A stretch of DNA of 63,683 bases, counting the filler, from Platydemus manokwari (taxonomy: Eukaryota): assembly GCA_037951405.1 (NCBI GenBank). It is 6 parts of 6 records of this genome, joined end to end, with 100 filler letters (N's around TTAATTAATTAA, not from the genome) between each part and the next. Parts side by side here need not be neighbours in the genome. Positions count along the whole stretch, not along the records: positions 1 to 10,021 come from JBBMOY011178767.1; positions 10,122 to 20,714 come from JBBMOY011121552.1; 4 more parts are not named here. One strand, written 5' to 3'. This document shows, in pieces, positions 1 through 13,800 of the stretch; positions within the stretch are counted from its first letter, which is position 1; the number at the start of each line of letters is the position of its first letter. A model generated the notes under the pieces. That model saw nothing but the letters and a program-made list of their open reading frames with translations, did no database searches and was not told the origin of the DNA. The position numbers and the translations under genes were made by a program.

Positions 1-1112
1 AAGCATAATTTTGACAGTACCTTTAAGCGGGTTTTTTAAATGATTAATTCCCGGTACTTTTTTGACATAATGTATATGTTGAAAAGTGGAACAATCGTTG
101 TAATATCTATATAGCAGTATATTTTGAGTACATTGTAATATGGAGTTCTAAGTTCAATCAATAAGTTCAATTTGTAACAAAATCTTAATTATAATCAAGA
201 AATACATCCTCAAACAATAATAACAAATATAAATCAAAATTAAGCAAGAGATCTTTGTTTGTATTGATCTGAGCTTATCCAACATCACCATACAACTAAG
301 AATCTGGACAAACATCAGCAAAGATTTTGGATCTCGATGTTATGGCAATCAATTAAAACGATGAATTCGCGATCTTTACTGATTTATAAAAATTGGATTG
401 ATGTTCGAACCGCATAAAATTTTGAGAAACCATAACTCAATTCAGTAACTTTTGAATGTTTTCCATTGGATGAAGTACAAGGATGTAAAAATAAAATAAT
501 ATTTAATAATATATAAATACGTTTAATAAACGTAACGGATTCGGACTACAAAACAGTAAGCAAGAAGAGCTAATTCATTCCAAAATCACGACATAAAACT
601 GTGAAAGTGTGATAAGTATTGAAAAGCGCGATTTAATGAGAGAATTGTGCAAGTTGTCATGAATAATCGACGGTTCAGGAACATAATAATGTGGAAGATG
701 AATGGCATAATCTAAGTATATCCATATTGATTTGAAACTCTGTTAACTTTAAGAAAAGACATATTTATATAGGCTGGTTGTTCTCGAGAAAGGTTCTAAC
801 CCATTATACTTTTATAAATAACGATTTATAAAATAATGTGTGTCATTGGAGTCTTGTGGAATATAAATTTCCGCATATCGTGCCTTTACAATTGATAAAT
901 AAAATGAATACTTACTGCTGAATCAAGCTTTAAATAGTGTGACCATAACAACCGATACAAACCCAACAGAACACAATTTATGTGTTAAATGAGGAAAATT
1001 AAATATTTTATTAAATTTAGGATGGAACTAAATTAAAATTATTTTATTTAATTTCTTCAAAATGTTATGATGAAATAATTTTAAAAATAATTTTTATTAA
1101 TTATTTGAAAAA

Positions 1113-1256
1113 TTATTATGGAATAATTTTTGAATAATATTAAAATTGATAAATTGATATTTATTATGGAATAATTTTTGAATAATATTAGAATTGATAA
1201 ATTGATATTTATTATGGAATAATTTTTGAATAATATTAGAATTGATAAATTGATAT
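1113..1256. repeat. Minisatellite, 3 x 48 bp
   Basis: Unit TTATTATGGAATAATTTTTGAATAATATTA(A/G)AATTGATAAATTGATAT starting at 1113, 1161 and 1209. Confidence 0.9.
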
Positions 1257-3765
1257 TTATTTAATTAATTAAATGACCAAGATGCCCATTAATAAAAAAT
1301 CTCTTGGAAATTTTAATTTATTTTCAGACATGATTTTAGAAATACTCTTCCAGTAACTTCAAAACTTTTTAATGACTATTTCTAACGAATTTTAAAATTT
1401 AAATGAGGCAGTTACCACTAATTTGTGTCATAGTTTCCGGACAATCCGGTTAATAGTGATCCACCAATGATACTGGCTTAATATATGTAATGTATGGATA
1501 GTGAAGCTACTCAGTATTCTGTATCAATGATTATTGAATTTAATGAACTCACATCGCCGCTGTAATTATTCTGTGATCATATGTATTGCAAAGGTTATAA
1601 AATTATAAAGATTAATTTTGAAAAAGAAATTATGTTAAATGATGAATTTAAATCGAAAAAATCGATATTTATTATAAAACCTATTTTTGATTAAAAACTC
1701 TTTCAAAAATTTGTTTAAAATATTTCTAATCGATATATTTTTGGTGAAATTTCTAAACTCAAACGAAATGCAAATTTTTAATGAAGTAGAAGCAGCGAAA
1801 ACATATTATGGATTTTTTGTTTCATAAATTCGATCCCATTTCGTGATCTTGATTACTTGTTATTGAACGGTAAATTATTGAGTAGACCTTGAATGTCAAA
1901 TAGTTATCGGCATTGAAAACTGATCGATTGTACGTTGTTCTGTAGATAATTTTATATTCATAAACAGTGTGCGTTGTTGGTAAATTTAGAAAATATACTG
2001 GAATATATAAGTGACCTTGCTAGCAAGATGTAGGACATTAAAAGAGGAAATGGAGATATTAATTAAAGAGGAATTAGAAATGAAATAAAAAAATATAAAC
2101 TGTCCTTTTGCAACACAAACACTTTGAATTATTGAATTAAATCAGCTGTTTAAGAATGGATATTTTTATTGGGAAATATAAATAAATAGGTTGAGAGAAT
2201 AAAATAGAAAAATACTATTTATGGAATTATAATTAATAAAATTAAAACTTTAGAGAAAATGGCACACGAAGACTTGCTGTCATAGAATTAAATGAGAATT
2301 TTAGAGTAACCAATTTGAAATTATTTTGAGAAATCTCATTATATTGTTTCTCGAAAAAGCTTAAATACGAGAGTAATTCTTGTGAGAATAAGAAACGAAA
2401 TAACTACAGAAACTCGAGAATTAGAACGTAATCATATGAACTTATTTTCGGACAAACTACAGCGATATGCGATCAAATTGAATCAGTCGAAGTACATCGC
2501 TAATTTTATCACATTTTTATTGTTATAGTTGATAATCGATTGTTGATCATGGAAGCTGCTGTCTAGTTTCATTCACTTTAATTTTTTTGAGAGAAAATAA
2601 ATTTAATCTTATCGTATTGAGTGTGTTATATCGATTGACTTTATTTGAGTTGGTTTGGTTTTTCATTCAAAAAGCTATTAATTTGAGATAAAAGTCGGCT
2701 TATGTATTTGGTTATCTATGTCCTAGTGATACCTGGATACATAAATACTGTTTGGTGGACAGCGAGGCTGTTTTTGATTTCGATAATCTTTTTTTCTATT
2801 TCTCGATTCTTTCACAATATGCAATTACTTTAACTCTGTTCCACATTTAATGATCAATATTATAGGTAACTTGATTAGCGTTATCAGAAAATAGGCGAAT
2901 ATAATTGTGTCGTGTAATAACCAATAAAATGAATCGGATGAAATATAAGGTCATATATACATCATGAAAACCAAAATCAATGACTCACCAATTTATCAAA
3001 TAATTATTTATTTTCCATAAACCAAATTTTTCAAATTCAAGAATAATTCTACTGCATTTACGTCATAAAATTTGTTAACATTAGACGAACGAAAACCTTT
3101 TGAGGAGGCTTTCGAATTGCCATACTCGTACAAAGTCGATTAATAGTCAGCGTTCAAAGGTATGTCCTGACGGCATTCAAATTTCGACGAGTAGAATATC
3201 AGGTGAACAAATTACAACGATAAAGTGCAATTCGATGTAGAAATTGTTAAGAAAATTCTCATTGATTTTTATTTTATAATTATTGATATAATGAATATTT
3301 AATTTTATGTAATTTTGTTACCAGAAATCGCTTCATCAAACATTGCTCGAAATGTACATGGCATGACCTACATATGTCTGAATTAGTTCTTGTTTTGGAT
3401 TTAATATTTTTTTTCAGAGAACATTTTAAATTAGTGGACTTCAAAATGCTGAACACTGACTTTTTGACTTCATTTATCGATAAATTTATTAATGGAAATC
3501 AATACGGATGTTTTTAACTATATTAGTGAATTATAGATATTGGTTTTTACATATTATTATGATTCACCATCGAATTGATATCAGCTGTTCTATTATTGAT
3601 ATGTTTTGATTGAATTACTTTCATATTTTTACACTTTCGATCGGATGTAGTCCATTCATCAAATATAATGACACCAAATTAAACATTTTAGTTTAACCAA
3701 TACATTTTTATCGATTTTTTTGCATACAAATAGCTGCCAGAACATCATTCGTTTTAAGCTGGATT

Positions 3766-3907
3766 TCAAACCGCTACTATTTTATGGAGCACGCATTAAA
3801 AACGTACTTCTAAAGTTTCGACACCAAATTATGTTTTAATATCGATTAAATTTTATAAAAATTTGATTTCAAAATTTTAAAATTTCAGTTTATCATAAAT
3901 CCTCACA
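3766..3907 (-). mobile_element. Older solo LTR of the same family
   Basis: CCGCTACTATTTTATGGAGCACGCATTAAAAACGTACT...CCTCACA; flanks GGATT/TGATT (4 of 5 match) as a decayed TSD. Confidence 0.65.
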
Positions 3908-4741
3908 TGATTAACATTAAGCAGTCCTCAACCAATTGCTGTACTTTAATTTACGATTTCTCAGATTTAGAAACCCCTATTTACGTAATGGATATTTGGA
4001 ATATTTACTTCGTCTTTGAATTCGATCTATGAATGAGCCTTACATTGCTCTAATCTGAGTGTAATTGTATTCTAATAGACATCATACCGAGCTGTTTGAT
4101 TATTGATTATTTTTACTACTGTTTATAGTTAACTTCAGAAAATGTTGCATTTAAAAAGACATTCTGACCTATGCGAGGGTCCAAACCATCCTAAGTTACT
4201 TCTTCAGATCAATATTGCTAAAAATATTGTTAAAAAATGAATGATAGGATTTTTTATAAATTTTATTCGAAAATAGTCGCACAATGACAGTTCTGGATTC
4301 GATTTTTGATGAAATTTTTGTTGCTCTGTGAATAACAAGAGTTTTAGTTTTCTTATTTGAATTAATCGAGATATAGTTTTTAAAGAAATTCACACGTGAT
4401 TATGAGTTTTGAAACTGAACATGTCACTGATATTTCTGGTGACCCATCAGTTGTGAAAGACCTGCAGTTCATAAACTACAATTTGTTAGTTCCGAAGCTT
4501 TAATCAGTCTAAGAATATTATGTTTTATGTTAGCTTCTGCTACTTTGTTGCAATATTCGTTTATATTCTTTTATTATTCTTTTATGTAACGACTAAAAAG
4601 AATAATTTAAGACGATTTGAGGTCTAAAGGCTTTGTCTCTCAGAGATTTATCGATCATTCAACAGATAGTCATCAAATATTTACTCTTTATTTTCAAATA
4701 AAAAGTTGACAGTCCAAAATTAGAATATTGAACACTTGAAG

Positions 4742-7700
4742 TCAGATGATCTCAAAAGCTTCATTCTCATATTCTTTCTTACTCGATTCAGTATCTTTGG
4801 CCTCGTTTATATTCGTTTCTTCACTGTGCAATTTCGCCGTACAGCTCATGAATACCATATCGGTAATATCGCTAAATCTTCTTCTTAATGTGCTGAATTT
4901 GAATTTCCAGGATTTTGTAAAACCTTCATTCAATTCAGTACAAGATAGAGATCTCTGTATTTGAACGGAATCACTTTTGGAATGGTGCTTCTTGTAGAGT
5001 ACAATTATCTCGGCTTCAGTTTTCGACATGGGTCGCCACATATTATGATCCAACCTTGTGAATGATGTCAAAGCCTTGAATTTGGAAGATTTAAATAGGT
5101 TGATGAATTTGGCGGTGTATCCAGAATACGGATGTCGTGAGTAATCGAAGAATATTACAAATACCACAAAACACAGCACCACCACGAATAGAATCAAAAC
5201 AAAAATGCCAGGATGATATCTAATTAGGTCGACCTGAAGGAAATTATATCAATCATGATGGTGAATATTGAGGTTATAAATAATGAGAATTATAAGAGAT
5301 ATGATGATTGGGTACCGAAGTCCAATTCCAACAGATACTTACGGTAGTTATCAGTTGAAAGTGATTGTTGATGAAATATTAAATTATAGAATCGAGGACT
5401 ACCAAAGCGTCTATCTGCAAGTCGTAAAATCATTTCTTACATCGATAATGACAACATAAATGTTTAGAATGTCAGTGAATTGTGCGCAATAAACCTGATT
5501 ACAGAAGCAGTCATTAGAGAAGTGGCAGTAGTCGAACAATTTAAAATCAAATTCTGACAGAAATTATTATTATTATTACATAATCATTTTACATATAAAG
5601 CTTTTTATCAATATATCGATTGATTCATTGAATATATCTCTCTAATTATTTATTATTATTACTATTATATAATATTTATCGATTCGTTTAGCTTTTTAAT
5701 CGATATTCATATCGGAAATATAAGTGATTTCCGCGTAATCTCGTTAACGGCAAAATAATCCATATAATTTGTGTTATTTTCAAATTTATGAAATAAATAT
5801 TTTAATGCAACTGAAAAGATGTGGTTCAATGCTCAAAAAGAAATAAAATAAATAGCTTGTTTTTATCAGTGGAATATGAATGTTATTGATGTTAGATATT
5901 CACTAACGCTGAAAATTCACAAAAATGTAATTAAAATCACACAGTCAAACTTTCAAGTCAATCGAGCTCACAAAGGAAAGTCAATAATGAATTCACAACG
6001 GGATCAGTACCCTGTAGATAAAAGAGGAATTACAACCATAAAGTATTGGTCATCGGAATTTTCATCCAAAAGAATTCGACAGAGAGAGAAATATCGGTCA
6101 CGAAAGACTGGCAATCGCTCGCGAGATTTAACTCTTTTCATAGAGTTTTCGTGTGTATTTTCCGTAGTCTTGTTGATCTACCTTTTTTTACTTGCTGAAA
6201 CCTTCTATATACTAGTTTTTTAGTAAATTCTTCTCCTAACTCTCTTGTCATTGGCTTATCTTGATGTTTGTAACCTCTTGTTGATGTGCGCAAATTAAAT
6301 TCTTTTTATGAGTTGGAATTTTAGAAGCATTTGATTGGCTGTTAGTAAGTGCACTCATTATATTTGAGCATGTTTACACTTCTCAAGGTTATTCCGAGGT
6401 CTGTGTAGATATCTTCTTTACTCTTGCTATAAATTTAACACTAAAATAATAAATTTATGTTTCTAAATTTAGGTAATTCAACTCATAAATTTGTAAACTT
6501 GTATTTAGATAAATCTTTAGTAAAATAACAGCTGCTAACAAATATTATAACTCGCGTAATTGTTATTGATTTATTATTATTATTATTATTATTATTATGA
6601 CTATTTCTATTATTACCATTATTTTATTTATATTTTTATTTATATATTTATTTATATTTTATTGGAGAAATCCTGTAATAAATAAAAAACATAGCCATTA
6701 TCTCACATTATCTGCCAATTTCATCGTGATATCAATGAATATTTTCTCCTCTAATTGACCCATTGCTGGCAGAGGTATCAATGTAAAATTACAGACCGTA
6801 TTAGGGCATAGAAAAATCATCTCAGAGATATTATTGTCCACATATGATGAGTTCACAAGAATCTGTCTCTGATCAGAGCTTGAGCTCTCCGTAGTGACGG
6901 AAATATTGATGAATTTGTTGATATTGTACCTTATAAATAATTTGCTACAAATTGAGCGATGATTTTTTAGCGAGTGCTTAAATAATAAGGTATTGATGTG
7001 AATTTAATCGATGTGAAATAATTATGTCAGTTCGTAGGTTTCCATGGTTTTATTTCTTATAAATTTTATAAATGAATTAATGAGGATTTTGAAAGCGTGG
7101 AGATAATATCTAACAAATCAGTGCATTTAATAATGAGTTCTCAACTCATTGACGTCAATTATATACTCAGAAAAATGGTTTTATCACACATTCGCGCATT
7201 ATGTGATGATAATTATGATGATAACAAATTTTTGACATCATAATAGTAATTATGAAAAAGTTTAAAATATATAAGCTAAATCATGTGACGAATTTTTCAT
7301 TTGTTGAGGCTTTTATTTATATCAAACTTCTTCAAAAGGGAAGGGCGCGAGAAATTTCATTTTCGACACTGACTTATAATAAAACAAAATATCGATCGAA
7401 TTTTAAAAATATGGAATTAGCACCGAGACCATCCATCACCGAAATAGAGCCAAGATTTGATGTTTTATGCCAGAATGTGCAAAAGTTCGTTCATTATTCA
7501 ATATATTTTAATTTTTTAGTGTTAAAAAATTTTTATTAAAAAAATTTACTTTATTATTTCTATTTTAGTTCCTAAGGATCTCGAAAAAATTTGGACTCGT
7601 AAAGTGGGTCGCAACACCAAAAGTGTGAAGAGCACTGATTCAGATATCAACTATCAGTTCGTCAAGGATAAAATTTGTAGAAAAAAGGCAAATTTGGTTG

Positions 7701-8184
7701 ACAATTCACAAACTCAAGAAATCGTTTAATTCATCAAAGTGTGCGCCCATAATGTTGAAACACTTGTGCTATTTAAACGCCATTTTGCATAAAACTCTCG
7801 TGAACGAGTGTCAACGAATTATTGGGAAGCCAGTTTTACAGTAACGTCGGCATTGAATTGCTTGTCAAAGTTAGTCGTATCGATTTGATACTGTCTGCAG
7901 TGTAGTAACAACGGAGTCAAATACACTTAATATTTCGCGTGATCTGCGTTGCCTTAGTTTCACCAAAGACTTCAACCGTTCCGTTTTCAACAGGATTAAT
8001 TTTGAAAATGCTTTAAATAATTTTTGGAATGTCCAGTGATAACTTTAAACAGACGAGATTTGTAACGTTTCAGAAACAAATCGAAACGATAGAACATTTA
8101 TCCAGTGTCATATAAATATCTTTCAAAGTTGACAGTATTATTTACTACACCTTTCATTCTTGACAACCGAGCATTAGCATAATA

Positions 8185-8240
<56 letters not shown>

Positions 8241-9715
8241 TTTAAAATTATATTTTTATTATATTTATTTTTAACTTATTATTAATTTATCTTTATTTTA
8301 TTATTATTACTCTATTTTTATTTTACTTTTAATATTTTTATTTTAATTTATTATTATTATTGTCATGTTTTTGTCATATTATTAGACGAACCCACTAATT
8401 CTGCAGAAACAATATCTAATAGCAACAAGCTAACCAAATATCAATACATAATAAATATTTTAAAAATCAAGAAAGTCAAGATTTCACATCAAACACTCAA
8501 ACTATTATTACCAAAATTCTAAACAACCACAGGAAAATGTTTTCTGAATTGATGCTCAATCTTAACAAAATAGTTTTGACACTCTGTCTTAGCAAACATT
8601 ATTACCAACCCTTATTATGAATAGACGATTTAAGTAGATGCTTTTCTACACAGAAAACTAAAATCTCTTGTTGCAACTGTAATTTGTCATTGTTGTATTT
8701 ATGTGAGAACAATGGTTATATTAATCTGAACTTGGTAATTACAAATATATTGAAAAAATGATATAAATATAAATGAAATACATCCCGTTTAACAATATGA
8801 ATTTTTCCATGAATGAGTGACCGGCATGACAGTGGATTGGTTATCAAAATTGATCAATATTAGTATTGAAATGATAAAGTCAAAATCTATCAAAACCAAA
8901 AATGCGATTCCCGATATTAAAGCAACGAAAATATCCAAGGCATAAATATAAAACATGAGCCACAGCACTTTATCTTTCGAAACTTGGTATAATTCAAATG
9001 ATGTTTGTGTTTGTTGTAGAATTGTAGAATCTTAAATTGTCAAATAAAACAAACCTTGGATTTTGATTTATTCGAAATAGTCATTTATTCACTTAATGAA
9101 ATCGCCTTCAAATACATGCGACCTTATTCCTGTTGTGTGATTAAATGAGAGCCTCCCAATCACGAAATAATTTCAACAAAATGTCAATCAATTTTCATTG
9201 ATCGTGAATATTGTTGATCTGTCACGAAATTATTAATCCTATCATATTATTATCAGTTAAATGATGATGATGATGATTATCAGATTAATATTATTATTAT
9301 TCTTTTTATTACCTTAACTTATTATTAGAGGTAGTGTTATTCTACACGGGAGATGAAAAAACTCACAAACACCTCATTTTTTCCTCAGAAATTGATTTGA
9401 ATATTAATTAAGGTCGTAAACAATGACAACATCTAGGATATTGATTCTTAAAAACCAAAAGCTTACGTGCTTGTAATAGAAATTATTGGTGAAAAATGAA
9501 GCGATTTGATTTGCCATCTACAAATTTGATTTTCAGTAAAATTCAGATTGAAAAATGCTGGAATTGAGAATGAGATTGGAAGTTCTGAAACGACAATTGT
9601 TCCCCATTCATCACTGCATAGTTTTATGCATTCTACAAATAATAATGTCAACTGAAAGCTCAATCAATAAAATAGCAGTTGATTGAAAACCATTAATTTA
9701 AACAATTGGTTCCAT
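4742..9715 (-). CDS. Putative single-pass (type I) membrane glycoprotein of unknown family, ~320 aa, faintly cadherin-like ectodomain
   Basis: Phase-compatible, stop-free exon chain 9651-9467 (donor GTAAGC, phase 2), 6929-6707 (donor GTGAGA), 5494-5441 (donor GTAAGA), 5233-4742 (TGA). A possible first micro-exon is 9715-9704. Product has a hydrophobic N-terminus, N-glycosylation sequons (NFT, NIS, NSS), TM GIFVLILFVVVLCFVVFVIFF, and a ~130-aa tail with RSLS, RRRFS and C-terminal YENEAF. The last three exons are better supported than the first. Confidence 0.55.
7119..7637 (+). mobile_element. Internally deleted hAT element remnant
   Basis: EISFSTLTYNKTKYRSN..ITEIEPRFDVLC resembles the hAT C-terminal dimerisation domain. 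Termini CAGTGC...GCACTG, preceded by subterminal GGGTCGC. Confidence 0.65.
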
Positions 9716-9948
9716 TATTTTTATTGATTTTTTTCAGTTTTTTGTTAAAATATTTTCCAATATAATTTTTATATGGTTGATGCAAAACTTTTATTTTTAA
9801 TCTAGACAATCTCTTAACGAGTCTTCAAATTATGTTTTACTAATGATCTCATGTTTCCTCCGGAACATTCTTTGATACAACTAGTCTTTTCTCCATTTTT
9901 CCTCAGATTTTTGTATATCACCTATCGATTGCTGATTAAATGAGGTGA

Positions 9949-9949
<1 letters not shown>

Positions 9950-10021
<72 letters not shown>
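9950..10021. repeat. (TAT)n microsatellite; others at ~6572-6597, 8187-8238, 22125-22153, 53743-53820, 59510-59536, 63593-63683
   Basis: Directly visible trinucleotide runs; two abut assembly gaps. Confidence 0.95.
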
Positions 10022-10121
10022 NNNNNNNNNNNNNNNNNNNNNNNNNNNNNNNNNNNNNNNNNNNNTTAATTAATTAANNNNNNNNNNNNNNNNNNNNNNN
10101 NNNNNNNNNNNNNNNNNNNNN
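10022..10121. other. Artificial scaffold spacer N44-TTAATTAATTAA-N44 (also 20715-20814, 30044-30143, 43966-44065, 53643-53742)
   Basis: Five identical 100-nt spacers; TTAATTAATTAA puts stops in all six frames. Confidence 0.97.
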
Positions 10122-10819
10122 GTTATCGAAAAATGAAAGCCAAAAAATCTAAAGAATGCAGACAGTATGCAAATTACTGTCGAAGGTAACGATGTGTTAC
10201 CAAAAATAGTAAGCGGAGGCTGGCACAGTGAAGTATAAATACTGAACTGAAAACAGAGCCAGCCACCCGACAATTGCCATAAATCACAAACGATTCAAGA
10301 AGCTGAAATCATTTCGAGGAGTTATTGAACAGAACAGGAAATTTATTGAACAGAAAAGAAGGAGATTGAGTCATCAGTGCACATACTTGAAGCAGAAATC
10401 ACCAAAGGAGTTATCAGAAATAATTTTCAGGAATTAGTGATAAGTAGTAAGAATTGGTTAATTTTGTTGTTTTCTTGTAATTTCATTAAATCATATTTTA
10501 ATTAAGCGTAATATAATTTTATGGTAATATTTATAACTATCGTTAACTGAATAACATTATTGCCGATTTCTCATCTCCACCTCGCATCTTTCCTTCGTCC
10601 GCTTCGGATTTCGCTGGCTACTTGCTGAGGCAACGTGCCGGCTATTTGACAATCTTTTGTTGTTCACTGTTTCAGTCGTTATTGTTCCGTTTTGATTCAG
10701 CAAATAAATATTATTAAAACCATTATTGCTTTTATTCACCAAATTACACCTTAACAATTTAAAGTCAGTAGTAATTTTGCGGATAATAGTTTGTTTATAA
10801 ATACCCCACGTCGGGAGAA

Positions 10820-13800
10820 TAATTGATTAAATTTTACAAGCCCACAACGGTGTCATCGCCAAAGGATTCAGTCAACGTCTGACTTAACATTAATTTTTCC
10901 AAAACGTGGTTATCATAGCCGTTGTTGAAGCCCCTTATGACCAGACAAAATCAAATCACTCACACCAAAACAATTTCATTTAATATAGAGCTAATATTGT
11001 AAAGGGTGAGGATGAGCTTGTTGATTGTTTTGTTGATTCCACTCTGTAACATACATCGGGAGTTGATTAAAATGCGTCATCGCATTTTTATTATCGCTTG
11101 TGCCGGGTGTAGGAATTTTTATTTTTCTCATCTTGTTGGTCAATTTTCTTCTGGAGACGGGGGTTTTCTTTGTTGTTGTTGGTGTTATGCTTGCTCATCT
11201 TTGTCTTCTATTTCCACCATTTTCTTATGAATTTGCTGTTTCTCCTTTTGGCGCTGATCTTCCTTCCATTTTGGATGCTCCCTTCCATATTAAGTTTTTG
11301 TGATCCGGGAGTCACAAATGTATTTTGTGAGTTTATTTGCTAATTTGGTAATGGTGCCGGTTTCCATTTCCTTTTATTTGATAATTTGTTTGCTGGTACT
11401 TATTTTATGTTTGGCACTATATTTAGGTAAGGTTGAATTCTTGTGGTTGGTAAGTTCAAACAATCCATTAGTCTGCGGATGGTATGCTGTGGTACATAGT
11501 TTTTCGATATTAAATATTTTTGTTACTTCCTGTGTGATTTCACTTAGAAAGTTTGTACCTCTATCTGTTAATCATTTTTTTGGTGGTCCATATCTAAATA
11601 TGATTTTCTCCGCTAGTATCTTTGCTTTGGTAGAAGCCTTTGGTTTTTAAGTGCAAATGCTTCCGCATACTTTGTAAAATAATCCATGAATACCAAAATG
11701 TACTTATTGGTTTCCGGTAATGGGCCCATGATATCCATCGTTCAAAATTCCATGGCCCTTGCTGGTGGGTCGATTGGTTTTAAAGGTACTTTTGTTCTGA
11801 CTCCTGTAATTTTTCCTGTACGTTTTCATTAATGCATGGCCAATAATATTTTTGTTATATTCTATCTAATGTTTTTCTTTTTGATGGATGTCCTCCCATC
11901 ATTCCGCCATGGTATTGCAATAATATTGGTTCTATATTTTTTCGGCATTATTTTCAATTCTTTCCCATCATCTCTTTTTCGTACCAGTAGTCTATCACTG
12001 TTTATCTTATGGCTCATTAATGCTTTCTGTTCTACCTTTATTGTTCTACCTTGGGTATCTGTCAGTTGAGCTTTCTTTAAATTATTTTCCAACAAATTTC
12101 GTATCCATTGCAATTCAGCATCAGTTTTCTGATCCTTTATTAGATTTACATTTTCTGGTATTGCCGTACACATTTGGACAAAGGTGTCTACTACACTGTC
12201 TCTTTCTATTGCATAAACAGTTTATGTTTGTTGATCTTTCTGTAGCTGTTCGTTTTCTGGATACGGTTTTCTATATAGGGCATCGGTATTTGCATTTGCC
12301 TTTCCTGCTCGATAAATATTTTTTACATTATAGTCTTGCATTTGTAATCCCCATTTCATAAGTCGACTCGATGTATCTTGATGTTTTCATAAACTTTCTA
12401 ATGGTTTGTGGTCAGTCTTAATGATTATTTCTCCCCCATACACATATGGTCTAAATTCTTTAAAGGCATTTACTATTGCTAGGCATTCTTTTTGGTTGTT
12501 GAATAATTTTTCTCAGACCCTGATTGTATGTGCTATAACATGGTATTTTTGACCTTCATCTTGCTGTCCAAACACAGCTCTTAGTGCTTCTCCAATGTGA
12601 TCAGTCATTATGATAAATGGCTTTGTCATGTCAGGATATCGGAGTATTGGTGCACTCATTAGATTATTTTTTAATGTTTCGTAGGGTTATTGTTGTTTTT
12701 CTCCCCAAATCAAAGGTAGTCTTCCTTCTGCTTTTGTTCGCTTTCCTCTCTTTCCTGCTTCAGTATCCTTTTATCCTCCTCCTTTTCTTTTTATACAGCT
12801 TCTTTAATTGCATAATATATTGGCGCGGTTATTTTTGCATAATCTTTTTGTAATGGTCTGTAATATCCTGCCATTCACAGAAATATTTAAGCTTCATAAA
12901 GCGTTTTGGTTACAGGAAAATCCCGAATTTCTTCTACTTTTTTCATGTGTCTCAAAATCTGATGAAAAGATCAAAATATTGTCTATATATATCATTGCAT
13001 GCGGGATTGCTGCCTATATAGTATTCATTAGGCATTGGAATGTTGCTGGCACATTTTTTAATCAAATTGGCATTTTTTGATATTCGTATAATCCGTTGCC
13101 CAAGCAAAAAGCTGCTTTTGGCATATCCTCTTCCTTCATTCTGACCTGGTTATATCCTTTACTCAAGTCTAGTGTGTTAAAATATTTTGCTCCTCTTAGT
13201 TTATCAAACATCTCCTGGTATCCAGGCATTGGATATACATCTGCTATTGCTTTATTAATTACTTCTGCATAATCAACACACATTCTTATTTCTAGGTCCT
13301 TCTTTGTTAAGGATACCAAATAGGTTTTATATGGTGATGCACTTGGACGTATTATTCCATATTCGAGAAGTTGATCCTTTTGTTTTTCCGTTTCTTCTTG
13401 TAATTTGTAAGGCATTGTTCGATGTGATAACTGTATTCGTGTATTATCGAACATGTGGATTTCATGTTCTATGACATTAGTATCTCCTACATCGAATTTA
13501 TGTTTTGCCACAATATCCTTATATTTATCAATTTTCTTTTGTAACCTCTCATTTTGTTCCTTTGTGAGTCTAGTTTCATTTTACTGGTGGATATAATTTT
13601 ACATTCACTGGCAGTGACTGTCCAATCTCTGTTTTTACTTCAGTAATTGTTCCGATTACTGTTTTCGGAGCTATCGTTATACTATTTATTCCATGATTAG
13701 TGATTCTCATTGTCATTATCCCCTTTTCGAATCGCGTATACATCTCTGATAAACTTATTGCCTGTTCGTTATGTCTATTTTTTCCTCGTATTTATTCTTT

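Noticed and set aside
1113-1256. Repeat array as a possible CRISPR
   Set aside because: Head-to-tail units with no unique spacers, no cas genes, eukaryotic context.
5410-5553. Cys-rich EGF-like reading (YCHFSNDCFCNQVYC..CKK*FY)
   Set aside because: Needs frameshifts and a stop. A simpler 54-nt phase-0 exon (5494-5441) joins both neighbours in frame.
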